From NCBI RefSeq assembly GCF_009914755.1, contig NC_060937.1: a DNA stretch of 64,000 bases; one strand, written 5' to 3'. The position numbers were made by a program, and so were the translations under genes. Position 1 is the stretch's first letter. Each line of letters starts with the position of its first letter. Of this stretch, positions 1-17,514 are shown one piece after another. This DNA comes from the human T2T-CHM13v2.0 reference genome, Homo sapiens. The notes beneath the pieces were generated by a model. The model had not been told where the DNA came from, searched no databases, and saw only the letters and a list, made by a program, of their open reading frames with translations.

Positions 1-245
<245 letters not shown>

Positions 246-277
246 TCAAAATTTTTATTTCATAGATAAAACATTAC

Positions 278-382
278 AAGCTGCATGAAGGCAGAGACTA
301 TGATTGTTCACCATTTTATTGAGTGCCTGGCATAGCACTTGACACAAAGTAAACTCTCAATACACACCTAGTGAATCAATGT
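278..382 (+). mobile_element. L2 3' end fragment
   Basis: ...catgaaggcagagact...gcctggcatagcacttgacacaaagtaaactctcaata...gtgaatcaatg resembles the L2 terminus. Confidence 0.6.
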
Positions 383-1119
383 GCACCAAGTACATTACAA
401 TGGTAGCAAGTATCTACGCAGTAAGTGTTGCCATCTCCTCATGCATTGTATGCTGTGTAGCCTCCCAGTAGCTTGCTTTCTTCAGCTTTTTTTCTGTTTT
501 GCTTCTGGCAATATTTCATCATTTTATCATATGATATTAGTAATGGCACAAATGGAACAAATCAGAACCATAGAATGAATTACATTCCTCTTTGATTATA
601 ATTACAAGTTAATCCAAGCTTGTAATCTGAGCATGGCTTAGATGGCAGTCAGTTACACTACACTAACATTGCCAGAATTTTCAGGTAAGCTATATTTAAC
701 CTCACAAGTACACACTGGACATTGGTTGGCCCATTTCTTGGATGAAGAAAATAAGACAAGTAGACATTTAGGATATATTTAGATCAATGAGGTTAGTTAA
801 TGGTACATTAAGCACTAGAGTCCTTGGTTTTAAGCTTTGCCGTGTTCAGCACCCAACACCAATATCATAAACAATGTGGAGTATTTTGTATTCTTTTTTT
901 TTTCCTATCTAGTAATTTTCTGAATCTCTGATAAAGACCAGGTCACATGTTGTCGTTGACAGGACTGCTAGTGTTACTATTTTTTACTGAGCAGGATTAA
1001 AACTCTAGGGCTGAGTATACAATGAGCGTGAGCTTTGTTGTTCTCCATTTGAGTTATTCAGAAGGTCTCAATAACAGGGAACAAATGAAACATCCTGTAG
1101 GGATCCCCACACTATTATT

Positions 1120-1416
1120 ATTCTTTTTTTAAATGGGGTCTTTCTTGTCACCCAGGCTGGAGTGCAGTGGTGTGATCAGGGCTCGGTGCAGCCTCCACTT
1201 CCCATACACAAGTGATCCTCTAACCTCAGCCACCAGAGTAGCTGGGACTATATGTGTGCACCACCATGCCCAGCTAATTTTTTTTTTCTGTATTTTTTGT
1301 AGAGATGGTGTTTCACCGTGTTGCATAGCCTGGTCTGGAACTATGGGCTCAAGTGATCTGCCCATCTTGACCTCCCAAAGTGCTAGGATTATATGTGTGA
1401 ACCACCGTACCTGGCT
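1120..1416 (-). mobile_element. Alu (AluJ-like)
   Basis: Diverged full-length antisense Alu. Approximate TSD acact(a/g)ttatt at 1109-1119 and 1418-1428. Confidence 0.92.
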
Positions 1417-1439
1417 AACACTGTTATTTTTATGAATAT

Positions 1440-1950
<511 letters not shown>

Positions 1951-4900
1951 TCATGATTCACTCTATGGGCTAGAATGATGATTTTCTGTGTGTGTCTATG
2001 ACATATGATGCTTTTCTTTTGCTGAATGATTTTATTTATGAGATAACACAATAAGAACTTATGTTATTCTTGAGATGTAATGCCACATTGCTGTCTAAAA
2101 AGAATATAAATTTGGAATACTCTCAGGGGTATACTAGCATATGATCTTCATTATTGCAATATCATTAAGATTGTGATTTTTTTATTTTCATAATTATCAC
2201 TAAATTCTTGACCTAACTAGGAATTTGTGCTAATTTTATTTCTGTCATCTTTAGTCTTACTAAAGGACTTGAATTTAACTCTCATTCAACTTTTTTTTAA
2301 CCAAAAAATACTTCTTTAAAGACATGATATTCGTTTGTGAGTGATGCAGTACAACAAATACCGCATGTGTGATATGTGTATTGAGGCTTTCTTTAGACTT
2401 TACCTAAGTGTTAAATGTGGGCTCCGTTATATCTAGACGTTCCACATTTGTGATCAAACTGTAGTAAATATGTCCTTTTCTAAGGTGCATAATTAGAGTA
2501 TTTAAACTTGTATTCCATAGAGTGAGTTAGTAACATCAGGAGAAATGATAGTCTTATCTGTGGTCTGGCTGTAAATATAAAGTAGTTTTATGTTGGCTAA
2601 CTTGATTTCTTCCATATTTTTAAAAAATAAGACAGAAACAATAGTCAGAATAAAGCTACACTCTATGAAGTAGAGAGAGCAATTCTTCATTTGAGGGGAT
2701 ATTTTCTCTTTTTTGTATAATTATTTGGATAATTGTGTAGGAGTGCCTAACGGGAGTGAACCCATGATGGTCAATAATTTAGAAACAGAATTAGAGCACA
2801 GCCTTTGCCTAGTGTTAAATAAACAAAAATTTGATAGTCACACACGTCTCACGGTAGCACTGTGTCTAGATGCAGCGTGAAGCGGCCTTTGCTATTAACT
2901 GAAATGTTCTTATTTTCCACTGGACTGCTCAGTACGTTTATGATACATTTGTTTAAAAAAGGAGAAGGAGAGTGTGGGGATTTGTCATACATTTAACTTC
3001 TTTATAAATGATATTTCTTTTTGTTTATAAAGTGATTCTGTCTGTTCACCATCATTCAGTGGTAAAAAATGCAAATGGAATTTGAGAACGTAACATATGG
3101 AAGATGTACAGGGAAGGCGAACATGGCACCATGGCAGTTGCTAAAGTACTTACATGCTTGATAGAGGGAGCCCTGTGAGCTTTCGCTGTTCTATCAGTGT
3201 GAATCAGTGTCCCATTCTGTGAGGAAGGAATGTTGGATTGCTGGAGAGTCTCATTAAGACTTGGCACTTTCTTGGAAAGACTTGCAAGAAGAAAGTAAAA
3301 ATTATACCTGACCTCTTCCTCAGGCAGCTCACCCTCACTCCCACCTTCCTCCAAACCTATTATTTGCACCTATGTGTTTTAAGATACGTGTTCACAGCTT
3401 TATTTTTACAAGACTAAAATGCTTTTATTGAACTGTGATTTGTCATTTAGACAAGACTCATTGCCTTCATTTTATAAGTGAAAAATAAAATGAAACAGCA
3501 GAAATATTATTGTTTGTGTATTAAAGAAAAGGTTCAAAGACATTATTATTCTTTAAGTTTTTGAAGTGTAAAGACTTACTCACCTACACCAAAAGGGCGA
3601 TAAAAATTTCTTATGCAACCTTGTTTTCTGTAAGTTTTTTTTTTTTTCACCACAGTTCTTACCTTCCTCTTTGCTGAGAAATATTAATGTTCTTATGGGT
3701 ATTATCTAAACTGAAGAATTCATAATTATTTTGGATTTAAACTCTTTGGCAAAGCTTAATGCTCATTGTTCAATTTCTGTCTGCCTTTTTAAAATAACAG
3801 TGCTCCATTCCAAATTTTGTACCTGAACATGCTCCCATAGCCGTGGCAAGAAAACACTTCAGACATTGCAAAGTCTATGTGAACTTCTAGAAAATGTAGC
3901 CTGTGAGGAAATAGATATAAAATATCCGATTAACTGATTTTATTTTATTTGGAAACTACTTTATTTTTCAATCAAGAAAACTAAAATGACAAAAACATAC
4001 AAAGTAAATGAATAAAGGTTATTCTTAGATAAATTGGCTTTTAAAACAGCATAGAGATGTTATTTGGGGATTCCTTGAGTTATAAGATACCAGTGAATAT
4101 TGGCCAAGAAGCAAGTTTTCTGTTGAATGCATTAGCTTGATAAATGGGCCTTTTGTTTTATTATCTGAAGAAATTAGGTAACAATATACTTTATTATCTA
4201 ACTAGAATACTTTTGAGAGAGAAAGCAGGACAGTAACCACGCCGGACATGAAAACAACCAACATCAACTGGGACAGCTCTAGAAAAGTAAAAAAGACTGG
4301 TCAATCTACGGATTATGGATTTTCACAAAAGTAAAACTCTTCACTAATCACAGATCATTATTAGTATTGCGTTCAAGATGCTGCACTTGGCAACTTGAAA
4401 CAACTGAGAAATAACTTGGAAATGAACAGACAGGCAGGCCTGTGCTCCTGGAATTTGTTTTGTAGGCACCAGCTACAAAACAAACATTTGCCCCAAGTAG
4501 AATGATTTATGTTAAATGGCCTCGGTCAAGCTGCTGCTGTTCATGTTTGTAAAATAGTTATCATCAGTGTACAACAGAAACCAAGCAAATAACCACATTA
4601 GAAGAAAATCCGCTAGTGAAAAGAAATCCCATGAATGAACAGCATTTGATACCTGGTATAAAAAAGATGATTCTGAATTTTCATCTTGAGATGTGTCACA
4701 TAGAGCTTGGAAATGAATATCCATACCACCAGTTACTTTGTGTTCAGTTAAATTGGTAACTTGCAAGAGAAATATGAAATATAGGAGTGAGCATTGTCTC
4801 TTTACATTTGGAAGAATGTTAATAGTAAAGATGCATAATGTCTAAGCTTCATTAAAATACTCTTAAAATAATACAACTACGTCTGACAAAATGTCATATC

Positions 4901-6370
4901 TTAGTAGTCTTTTCAAGTTGAAATCTTAAATATTATTCACTCCTGGATTTTTAATGCTAGGGCTGCATATAAATCAGAACGTGTCAATTCAGGTTTCATG
5001 TCAGAGTTTGCCAAATTCCTGATTGGACTTCGCTAGTCTATGGGTGTTGCTAATTGAACAGAAATTGCTGCTTAATAGTAAAATATCATGGCTATGTATT
5101 CATTACATTTTGTGATTTATTTTTACTTAATAAACTACTTTAGTTATGACAGCCATTATTTTCAAAGCATACTAAATGCCAATTCAAGTGTCTGTTGAAC
5201 TCTTGTTCTGTGTAGGTTTTACTAGCTCCATATGTGATTCAAAATCAGCAAGATGTAACCCCTATGAAAAAGTGGTGTGGAAAGCCGGGGGAACTGACAA
5301 ATCAGACACAACTGGGTTGAAATTCCACTGCTTACATGTGGTGCCCCGAGCTGTGCAGTCCTTCTGAACATCACTGAAGCACACAGGAGAAACTGATGAA
5401 GATGAAGTTCTCAAAGAAATCATTCAAACAAGAATAGTAAGGGGAATTAAGAAGAAATTAGTAAAAGAATTGCCAAATCCCAGTGAAGATTCTGTGTTGA
5501 CTACATAGAGAATCTGTAGAGAACACTATTTTATATGGTTCTGAGAACCTCTTGCAGAGCTTAGGAGCCTGGAGGCCATGGTCTCACTGGCTGGGTAAAT
5601 AGTGAGAAATTTTACTGTATTATTGGGATATTGTTTCAGTAACTGACAGTGGTGAAAGAACTGATAGGGGTGGAAATGATACCAGAAGAGAATCTTTGAC
5701 ATGGATAATGTGAAGGAGGCTTTATCATGGAGGTTTGTTGTTTTTTAGTTACTTAAGGGATGGTAGCAGATGATAGTGAGAGGAAAACTGTAAACCATCT
5801 GCTAGAGACATCAAGTAAAGAGGAAGGATATTTTGCAGATCTATACTAAACTGTGGCATCTAGAGAGGTGAAGGTTTTTGAAGAGGTGGCAATGAAACTA
5901 TCAGTTTCTAAGAGGCACTGAGGAGTAAGAAATAAAGAAATAGACAAGCCCCTACTCCTCATCTTGTGGGAAGTAGATAGTAGGAACAGAGGAGCCTCTG
6001 TTGACTTCGGAGCCAGTGGTTTTTTTTTTTTCTAATGATGGTAAGATTCAATGAAGGCAAAGAAGTGAGGGATCATAGAAAAGCTCAAGTGCATAGAAGT
6101 AGAATTGAATAGCAATGAAAAGAGCACAGTGTTTCCTGAGATGATACCTCCCCTTACTATCCACCATAAACTGATATTTTCTATTGTATTCCTTTGGCTA
6201 AAATGTTGGTTGCAACTTACCCACCAGATCTCAGTAACCACTAATGGAATGTTTTAGGAAAAAACATACACTAGAGGATCTTGGTTTTTGCAATTAAAAA
6301 AAGGTTGTCAAGAAACTTTATATATATTTACAGCAAGCAGTTCAAATTCCTTTCCTTTGTCTTACTGTTT

Positions 6371-6511
6371 ATTTTATGTTATTTTATTTTATTTTGAGAC
6401 AGGGTCTTGCTCTATTGCCCAGGCTGGTCTTGAGCCCCTGGCCTCAAACAGTCCTCTTGCCTTGGCCTCCCAAAGTGCTAGGATTATAGTCATGAGCCTC
6501 CACATCCAACC
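6371..6511 (-). mobile_element. FLAM (free left Alu monomer)
   Basis: Single Alu monomer with (TTTTA)n tail. TSD tgtcttactgttt at 6358-6370 and 6512-6524. Confidence 0.9.
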
Positions 6512-7186
6512 TGTCTTACTGTTTTAAACAATTATTCAAAAACTATTGAGCTAAATACTGCTGATATTTATTTTATGGAAATATAAGCTGCCTGCATTTG
6601 ACAAAATATCTTAGATAGAACTGTCTTTAATGCCCTATTAGTGATAAAAATAAATCTTCTGGCATAAGCCAGAAAAAAATAGTTCACTTAAACAAATATT
6701 TAGAAAGCCCAAATAAATAGGTGGTATAAGTTAATGAAAGGAAAGCAATTGTTTACATTATAAACTAGATCACCTTATGATTAACTGTATTCTTATTTAA
6801 GAAAAAAAGTCAAGTGGACAAACCTGGTAAAATGAACCAGTCTTAAAGAGGCTTTGATTTGCACACACACAAAAAAAAAAGAAAGAAAAGAAACAGGAAA
6901 AAACAAAAAAGCAAAGAAACATAACAAAATAACATGTGTTACCCTATCTCATTCCTCCCCCGCAAAAATCACATGTTTACTAAGATTTACATGTTCCACA
7001 TACATTTTGAGCCTGGCTGGAGGCATAGGACAATATGAGAAAAGAAAAGACCCAGAGGAGTCTTTAAGAAGAAACGTATTTCTTTCTTTTTCAGCTATGA
7101 AATACTTTATATATAACTAGTTAAAAGACTTTTTCCTTAACCCTGCACCCTTTTGTGATAAATTATTACTTGTACATATTGTACAG

Positions 7187-7885
<699 letters not shown>

Positions 7886-10399
7886 GACACTGTCCCTTTT
7901 ATGAAGAATTTTATCATCATGCTATATTTAATGATTAGAAATTGAATTTCACCCTTATATAGAAAATATTAAAATCATCCCGTTTATAGCAATCCTCATA
8001 TTGCAAATTATAAATGTACCCTTTAGGTTAGAAATTATGTGATTGAGTTTAGATACATAGAAGCCTATGACAGAAACATGCACAGCCAGTAATGTCTATA
8101 TTTGAAAGTGAAGTTCATTAAAGAAAGGAATTATCTGCTCTCTTTTATGGTTCTCTCTGATTATATCTGTGAAAAGGATAACTACTGCTTTGTCATTTCA
8201 GTTTCAATTTTTATTCTTAGTAAAAAAATCATTTATTGAAATAGTAATTACTTGAATTACTTTTTATCATCACAGCAGGAAATTATAGCAAGCGCTTAAA
8301 AAAAATGCATACTCAGGAACTACTTAAAAAAACGTAAATGGTTTTTGCTGAAAAGCTTAGCATACAATAATGAGGAGTCCAAAAATGTTTTTGTTACTCC
8401 TAAAACAGAGTGGCTTTTCAAGTAGGCCTAGCAGCTGAGGTTCTGTTGTCTGAAATCTGCTCCAGGCAGTGAGCATGGGAGGAGTCAGGAGTACCTGCAA
8501 GATTAGATAATAATAATGACTGTTTCCTCTGCCTCCCTATCTGAGGAGCCATCGCCACCAGTATTTCCAGGCAATTAATGTGGGAATAAGCAGGAGTTAG
8601 TTCAAATGACTCCTCACAGTCACAGAGGTGCTGTTCGTGTAAAATCTGACATCCCCATGTCTTTAGGAAAAGGAAGAGCCTTCAGTGGCAGAAGGAGGAG
8701 CATAATCTTCCAGGAGGGAGGCCTTGTGCAGAACTGAGATCCCTTAGGCTGTGCGAAAGGGCCTCAGTGTATCCTAACCGCCCCTAGACCTAGTAGCACA
8801 GTACTAGACTAGATTGCGCTGTTTATTCAGCCCAGCTTTTCTTTGCCTCAGAGGCTCACTTAATGATACAAGGTATCTCAAACCTTGAAAGATAATTTTT
8901 AACTAGAAAGTAACCTATTTGTAAGAATGATTTTTAGCAAGTGGTTCTAACTGGCATGTGTTTTCTGGCCTTAGGGAGCTACAAAATTGTTTCAAAAGGA
9001 AACAAATGGACCTAAAAACAAATGACTGGTAATTGTGGCTGAGAGGCTTACGTATGAAGGGAACTTGTTTAAAAGTGCCATGATTTTATTAACTGATAGA
9101 TCATCAAAACCTCTCTGTAACCATGGAACAGGTATTGTTTTTAAAAAGCTAGAAAAAAAGTACTTATATTTCATTATAAGATTTTATGTTATTTTAACAT
9201 GTGAAACCTTTTTGACGGTTTACAACAAAATGTTTCTATTTTTACACACAAATGTTTATTTAATATGGCATTTTCTTTCTATCCACTGTCAGGTATGCAG
9301 CAAGATCTTATATAGTAAGACTGTTTTGAACATGAGGATTATGGAAGAAGGAGACCCACAGTTCATGGTTAAACCTCATCTATTAGAAAAATAAAGAAAA
9401 AATTAATGGGTAGTCCTAGTTTAAATAAATACTGAAAATCATCATGTAAAGAAATTTATATTGATGCTAAAAAGTAAACATTTCCCTTTGGTGGAAATTT
9501 AAATTACCCAGCAGACAGTGTTAACTTTTAGTGAAAGATGCACAGATACATAACTCAAATGCAAACCGTTTGTTTTTTTTTCTGCTTTCTTTTTTTTTCT
9601 TTCTGTTTTCTTCTTTAAAGCTCACTTTGAGTGGCCTTGCATTTGGCAGTCTCCCTGGCTCAAATGTTCCTACCCCCTTTCCCTACTTAAACGAATTTCT
9701 CCATGTTTGGAGACTTGGATTGAGCACATTCTCATCATGGGAACCATTACTGACTAATATGAAGCCACTTCGTGCTCCCCTACCCACCAGAATCCTGTGA
9801 GTGTATCATGTGTGGGGATTTCAGTAGTGTGTTCTGTCCTGTCTTCCCTTTGGGGACTATGTCACCTTCATTTTTGCATCTGCCACCCCTAATACAGACC
9901 CTTGAATGTGGCAAATTTTCAAGGTTTGTTGAATTGAATAAATCAATTAATGGATTTAGCTTTTGAACCATCAGGAACCGAAGAAGGTCTCTAAGCTTTT
10001 GTCATTTTAATGCTAGATGGATGGAGTGCACATGTTTTTATTATTTAGATTCTTTTAATTAAAAATAGCATCTGAGACATCCAAAGGAAAGAACAAAACA
10101 ATGTTAGCATATTTCTCTCTAAAATCTATGGCAAAGCGAATGTTTGCTAGAGATTATCCACCATCCATAAAACTACTGGAAAACTTTGTTTTGATCTGTG
10201 AGGTACATACCAGTTCTAAAGTATTACTTGTCAGCTGAAACTAATAGTAAATTAAAACTAAGTGACTGTTAAGAATGTTACAAGAAAATAGGATACAGCA
10301 GTGAAGGAAACAGCCTAGATCAGTGCTCAGTATGTGATAGATGAGACCTTCATTAAATACTTATTAGAGTTGAATGGAACCCTGAGAGACTGCATCATG

Positions 10400-11580
<1,181 letters not shown>

Positions 11581-11589
11581 TGTTAAGAT

Positions 11590-11815
11590 AATAGATTCTG
11601 GGGTGAAACAGATGAGATTTTTAACTTTGATTCTAGAAATACTAGCTGTATTGCACTCGGCAAGGTAACTAACTTTCCTAATGCCTAGTTTCCTGATTTC
11701 AAAATAGGCATGATAACAGTATCTATCTCAGAATATTCATGTGGGGAGTAAGTAGTATCATATATACAGAATGCTTGGCAATGTCCAGTCCACAGTAAGT
11801 ACACAATAATTGCTG
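11590..11815 (+). mobile_element. MIR
   Basis: MIR core: ctagctgt...ggcaaggtaactaactttcct...gcctagtttcctgatttcaaaataggcatgataacagta. Confidence 0.7.
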
Positions 11816-13739
11816 TTGGTGGAGGGAGTATCAGTAGAAACAGAAATGGTAGAGTAGTAGTAGCAATCATTGTCATAATCATCATCATCATCACTATTTT
11901 GTTAAGAAAGTTTTAAAATGATTGAATGTAATTTTAAAAACAGGAAAATATTGGAAAAAGATAAAGGAAGACAAGCGCCTGAAACTGCTCCATGGATTTA
12001 ATAACTTACATTTGTTTGGTGGCCTTGATAAACACAATTTTAATGGGACAGGGAGACCTACTGGCATACCAATAAAGTGTAAAGGAACCAGGAGTGATTA
12101 TGTAGAATCCTCTTTTGACTTTTATGGGAAGGAGAAAAATATAGCAACAGTTCAGCATAGCATTCTCAGCATGTTCCTGCCCCATTCCAACATGGCTCTT
12201 CATGAAACCAAATCATTACACCTATGGTTGGCTTCCTTTGTCCATACTGTTCTTCCTAGAAAGTATGAGCTCACCCTGATCATCCTTCTCTCTAAGACTC
12301 AACCAAACTCCCAAATTTTCCAGGAAGTCTCCTCTCAACTCTTCCTTTTTCACTGGCTCTTTCGTGGTCACTACATACACCTGCGGCACCCTCACATCAC
12401 CCAGGACGGAGAGCCTTAAAACTAGTCATCTACTTCCCAGAGAGATTCTACACGGTGGTTCTAAGAGCAGGGATTCCTTTCCAGTATTGTTTGGTTATAT
12501 AGTGCATGATTGGAATTTGTTTTACTGATAATGACAAAGTAGTTGGAACACATGGCATAATTTAAAGTTGCTTTTTTCATTAACTTAGCACATGTGATAC
12601 TGATATCAAAACCTCACATTTACATACATAGCTAAGGCATGAGAGCCTTCAGAGAACAGCACTGCCTACTGATGCTAGCAAAATAATTATCCTTCAGTTT
12701 AGAGTGGCTTGCATTTAAGTTTCTTTACAATAAATACAACCATTTGAAATTGTATAACCATTCAAAGCCAAAAATTTCATATTTTACAAGAACTTTTCAT
12801 TGTGTTTTATAAGTTCTAAAGAAACTTTGAGTTATGAATCATCATAATCTATTTTAGGATATTCTCAATATGTTTTTATATTAAATAAACAAGTAATTGT
12901 AATGTAAGTGGTAGAATAAGTTTGCTCAAATACTTAGGCTGTGGAGAAAAAGTTATTTAATAAAACATTTCATTTTATACTGTATTTTCATGTTCGAGAG
13001 ATATGTTACTTCAGTTTATAAACATTAAAGACTTGTAATGAGGGAAAAAATAAGAAAGTGATAGTAAACTGAGATTTTTGAACATGCACATCTTCAAACA
13101 GTTCTTTAGCAATGTGTACACTATTAGGAGGTCTAGCTTCTGAAATGAAGTTTAACGTACATCAATTGTTGAGATGATTAATTGGAGCTAGTAGATGAAT
13201 TTAATGATCATGTTGCTCTCTCTCTTATATTCTCCATTGGAAGAACAAAAGAGACAAAGGAAATTATTTGCAATCATTATTCCTCATAAGAAAAGAAATA
13301 AATCATTCTGTATTCTGTTCTCTGATTTCATTATAGCACCTGTCATGACGAAAAATTTACTACAGTGCTATTGGCCCTGTGGGCATCAATTAATGTTGAT
13401 CATAATTAAAATTTTAATTGCAAATAGAAACACAGTGTATGTTATCACTTTAAAAAGTAATTGTGTTCTTGTATATTAAGGTTGTAGGAAACTTTTATTC
13501 ATAACATTGATTTGGAAGCTTGCCCTTTTATTAGTGGTTACTGTTAGAAGAAGATAAGAATCAGGACTTGCTCACTACTCTTGACTCCTTTTCTTCACAT
13601 ATAATGATGAGGAAGATAGTTTTTTCTTGAAAGCAAAGAATAAGTTTGACTATTCAACAATGCAACTCTCTGTGTTTGTGCAGATCACAGACCCACACAC
13701 AAACGTCCATAGTAATATTAGAGTATGTGTTCTTTTGCT

Positions 13740-13900
13740 TTATACTCATTGATTTTAAATCCTTACCCTATAAGGTATTTATCACCATGTTACAATGTAG
13801 GAAACTAAGGCACAAAGAATAAATATCTCACATCAGACAGAGTAATTGGCAGAGTTGGAATTCAAACCCTGCAAAACACGTGTTTCTTCCACTAAAACAC
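13740..13900 (-). mobile_element. MIR
   Basis: ttacaatgtaggaaactaaggcacaaaga...ggcagagttggaattcaaaccc. Confidence 0.6.
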
Positions 13901-16900
13901 ACTGCCTCTTAGGCCAATATGACCACAAGAGGCAAGTGTGGTTCATGCATGCCTGGTTCAGCACTAGAAGGGGTCAGTCAGGGAACCAGTGTTAGACATT
14001 CAGAAATATGAAGTTGAGTAGGTGCCAGGAGTACCCAGTGCTCTCTTAACATATTTTCAAATATGGAAGAAATCAGTATATCCAGCAAGTCACAAACCAC
14101 CAGAATTTCTCCCTAATGAAGACCTTCATATGTATGCTAATATGAGTCACTGAATGACCACAAAATGGGTGCTCAATAAATTTTTCTGAAAAATCCATGA
14201 ACAGGGACAATTGAGATCAGCCCTCAATTCAGGGTGCAGACTGCTGTTGACTCAAGCAAGTCATTGTTAGGAGCGAATTAAGGTGGTAGAGACACTTAGT
14301 TTTAGCTTTTTTTGGACACATCACAAATTGCAGATAGTTATAACTTTAATAGCACTTTAGTTAATGGGCTCCCGAACTCTTACCCTTTTGAAAGTGTTGT
14401 TTTCATTCCCTTACTTGAGTTGAAGCAGCTGTGCTCATCAGTCATAGAAAGTAATCGTTATGTATCTGTGGCTCTAGGCATGCATTTTTATGAGGGTGTG
14501 AAAGTGGGAATCATTTATTCAATACACCTGTGGAAAACTTTCCAAAGTCTAAGTGTGTAAATCTATGGCTTAAGTGTAATATGCTTGTCTGGAGAAAAAG
14601 ACACTGAGGCTTTTCTATGTACTTTTTTGTTGTTCATCTGATAAATATTGACAATGAAAAAAATACATGTTGAGCAGAGGCTGGAAATACACTATGAGTA
14701 AACAACGGAACATGTGTTTTGAGTTATTGAACTAAAATAAGGCAAAGTAGCATCTAAATTACAATAATAATTAGACGGTCATTTGCCCATCTGTCAACAT
14801 TTCTTCCTTACACTGCTCTTGAACTGTCCAAGTTTTAAGTATCTCTAACAGGTATTGAGCCTGTCTTTACAAGTCCTATTTATCAAAAATAGTTTAAAGA
14901 ACAATTTAGAATAGATGAATAGAGATGTATGCAACTACAAGGGTTGTATAAAAATATGCACTTGCAATATCTAATAATGAATATTGCTGCTGTATTTTGT
15001 GAGGCAGAATTCCCTAATTTATATGGTCCAAGGATTATGAAAGTGAGAATGAGATCAGATTCCTCATATAGAGAAATTATATGGACTAGAAAACATATGG
15101 AAATGTGAATTTGGCACAGGGGGCAAATAACAGCTAGCTGTGAGGAGCTCCCTGGCAGTATCGATTTTTGGGTCTTCCATGGTCCTTAGGTACAAATCAG
15201 GTTGTAGCTGGGTTTTTCCCAATGATGATTTCAAATGTGACGGTCTCTGATACTCTTAGCCTTTTACACTTGTCCATTTACTTTCCAGATTTCAAATGTT
15301 ACATTGCATTTGCCCTGTTTCCTGTTTTCTTTGTTCTTGAGGAATTATGCCATTTTATCGTTTACTGGACTGTAATTTTTTGTGGGGCTTCCCAGTGAGG
15401 TAGAATTATCAATGGTCATCTTTGTGTACTTTTCTAATCATGAGCCTCAAACCTTGTCTTCAGTACACTACAATAGTTCTCTCAATGAATTTTGAGACTT
15501 AAATTAGGAATTAACTTGTTTCCCTATATTCTACTGAACCAACAACATGTTTGAATTATTGCAATCATTAAATAATCATCAAATTGAGCAATCCCATTGT
15601 TGCTTGGAATGGCTCAATAGCAAAGTCTGAACCAGAATTTCTGGAATAGTTTAGGCATTGAACTAGGACAATAATACTGTTAGCACTTTATGGGTCTAAA
15701 ACTCAATGTACCTGGCAAACTTTTCTATATGGATCACTGGTAAGAATGAGCATGTAAGAAAAACAAGCTCCTGATGGACAAACTGATTTAACTAAATCCA
15801 TGCTCCAGCTCATCCACCTTGCTGACAGGCAAGCCCCAATGTGAGGGTCTCCTGGCATCCAAATATACACTTGAGATATACAACTCAGGGATGCTCAAGT
15901 CAACTTTATGCTTGGCATATTTGAGTAAGTTTTCTACCCAGGTTTTTCTCATTCTGTATAGTACATTCCTTACCATTATGCTATTTTAAAATATATATAG
16001 CTATATAGAGAGATATTTTAATATATATATACATACATATATATATGTATAGTATGTGGCAAGATTTCTTATATTTGCCTCACTCTGAGCCTATGGAATT
16101 TAGTTTGTCTCATTATTTCAGGCCCCCAGCAGATTTCAAAATTAATATTAGGATGGGAATAGAGAGTTTCCCAAAAGAGGGATCACTAGCAACTGACGTG
16201 ACAGCTAACATTTCACAGTAATGGAAGAAAGAAAAAAATCTATTTTAAAGCAAGCCCAGAATCTCAAATGGTATGAGGGAGGCTATTTAGCGCAAGTACA
16301 GAAAGTCTTGTACTTCTCAATAAGCCCAGAGGCATCACTTGATTACAGAGCAGTGTAATAATAGCTGTTGATAATTGTGCTCTGGAGTCATCAAGCCTGT
16401 GTGCCCCACCCCTAAACCACTATAGCAACCTTTTCTCCACTAGCTTAATCCTTACTGAATAGAACAATAAAGCTCTCTTTCTTTGTCATTTCTCCCACTA
16501 TATTGTGAGCTTGCCTTCTGTATCTACGTCCCTAGCATCAGCATAGTGCCAAGCCTATAATATCTACTCTCAGTGATTTGTAGGGCAAATGGATTAATGA
16601 AATGACTATGTATACATTATATATATGTAAGTACATACAAAGGTATATATGTTTTATAGAAATAATTACAGGTAAATATGATGAGAATCAGTAAACTACT
16701 TTTGAAACAAAATAAATAAAAATAAATCCCCCGAATTCTCATGGAAATGAATGGAGAGAGGTGGAAAAAAGATAAAATGAATAAACACAAAGATATTTTT
16801 GAATTTAAAAAGTGTCAGCTAAGAAGATAAACAACTAACATTTGTTAAGTCAGGAGAAAAGCATCTAAAATACTCTGTTGTTATTACTCTACAGATTTGA

Positions 16901-16909
16901 GGTAAATCC

Positions 16910-17130
16910 TTTTTTTTTTTTTTTTTTTTTTTGAGACAGGGTCTTGTTCTTCCCCCCAGGCTGGTGTGCATTGGTGGGCTCATAGTTCTCAGCAGCCTCC
17001 AACTCCTGAGCTCAAGTGATCCTCCTGCCTCAGCCTCCCTAGTAGCTGGGAGTACTGGTGTACATCATTGCACCCAGTTAATTTTTTTGTAGAGATGGTG
17101 TCTCACTATGTTGACCAGGCTGATTGCAAA
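16910..17130 (-). mobile_element. Alu (AluJ-like), partial
   Basis: Poly-T, then right arm and part of the left arm. Confidence 0.9.
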
Positions 17131-17175
17131 TCTTAGCTTTTCTTTTAATGACTCCAACTTGTTACTTAACTTTAA

Positions 17176-17514
<339 letters not shown>

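Noticed and set aside
11922-12419. Longest ORF (165 aa)
   Set aside because: Non-ATG start, no recognisable domain, no convincing splice sites, and it overlaps L2-like decayed sequence.
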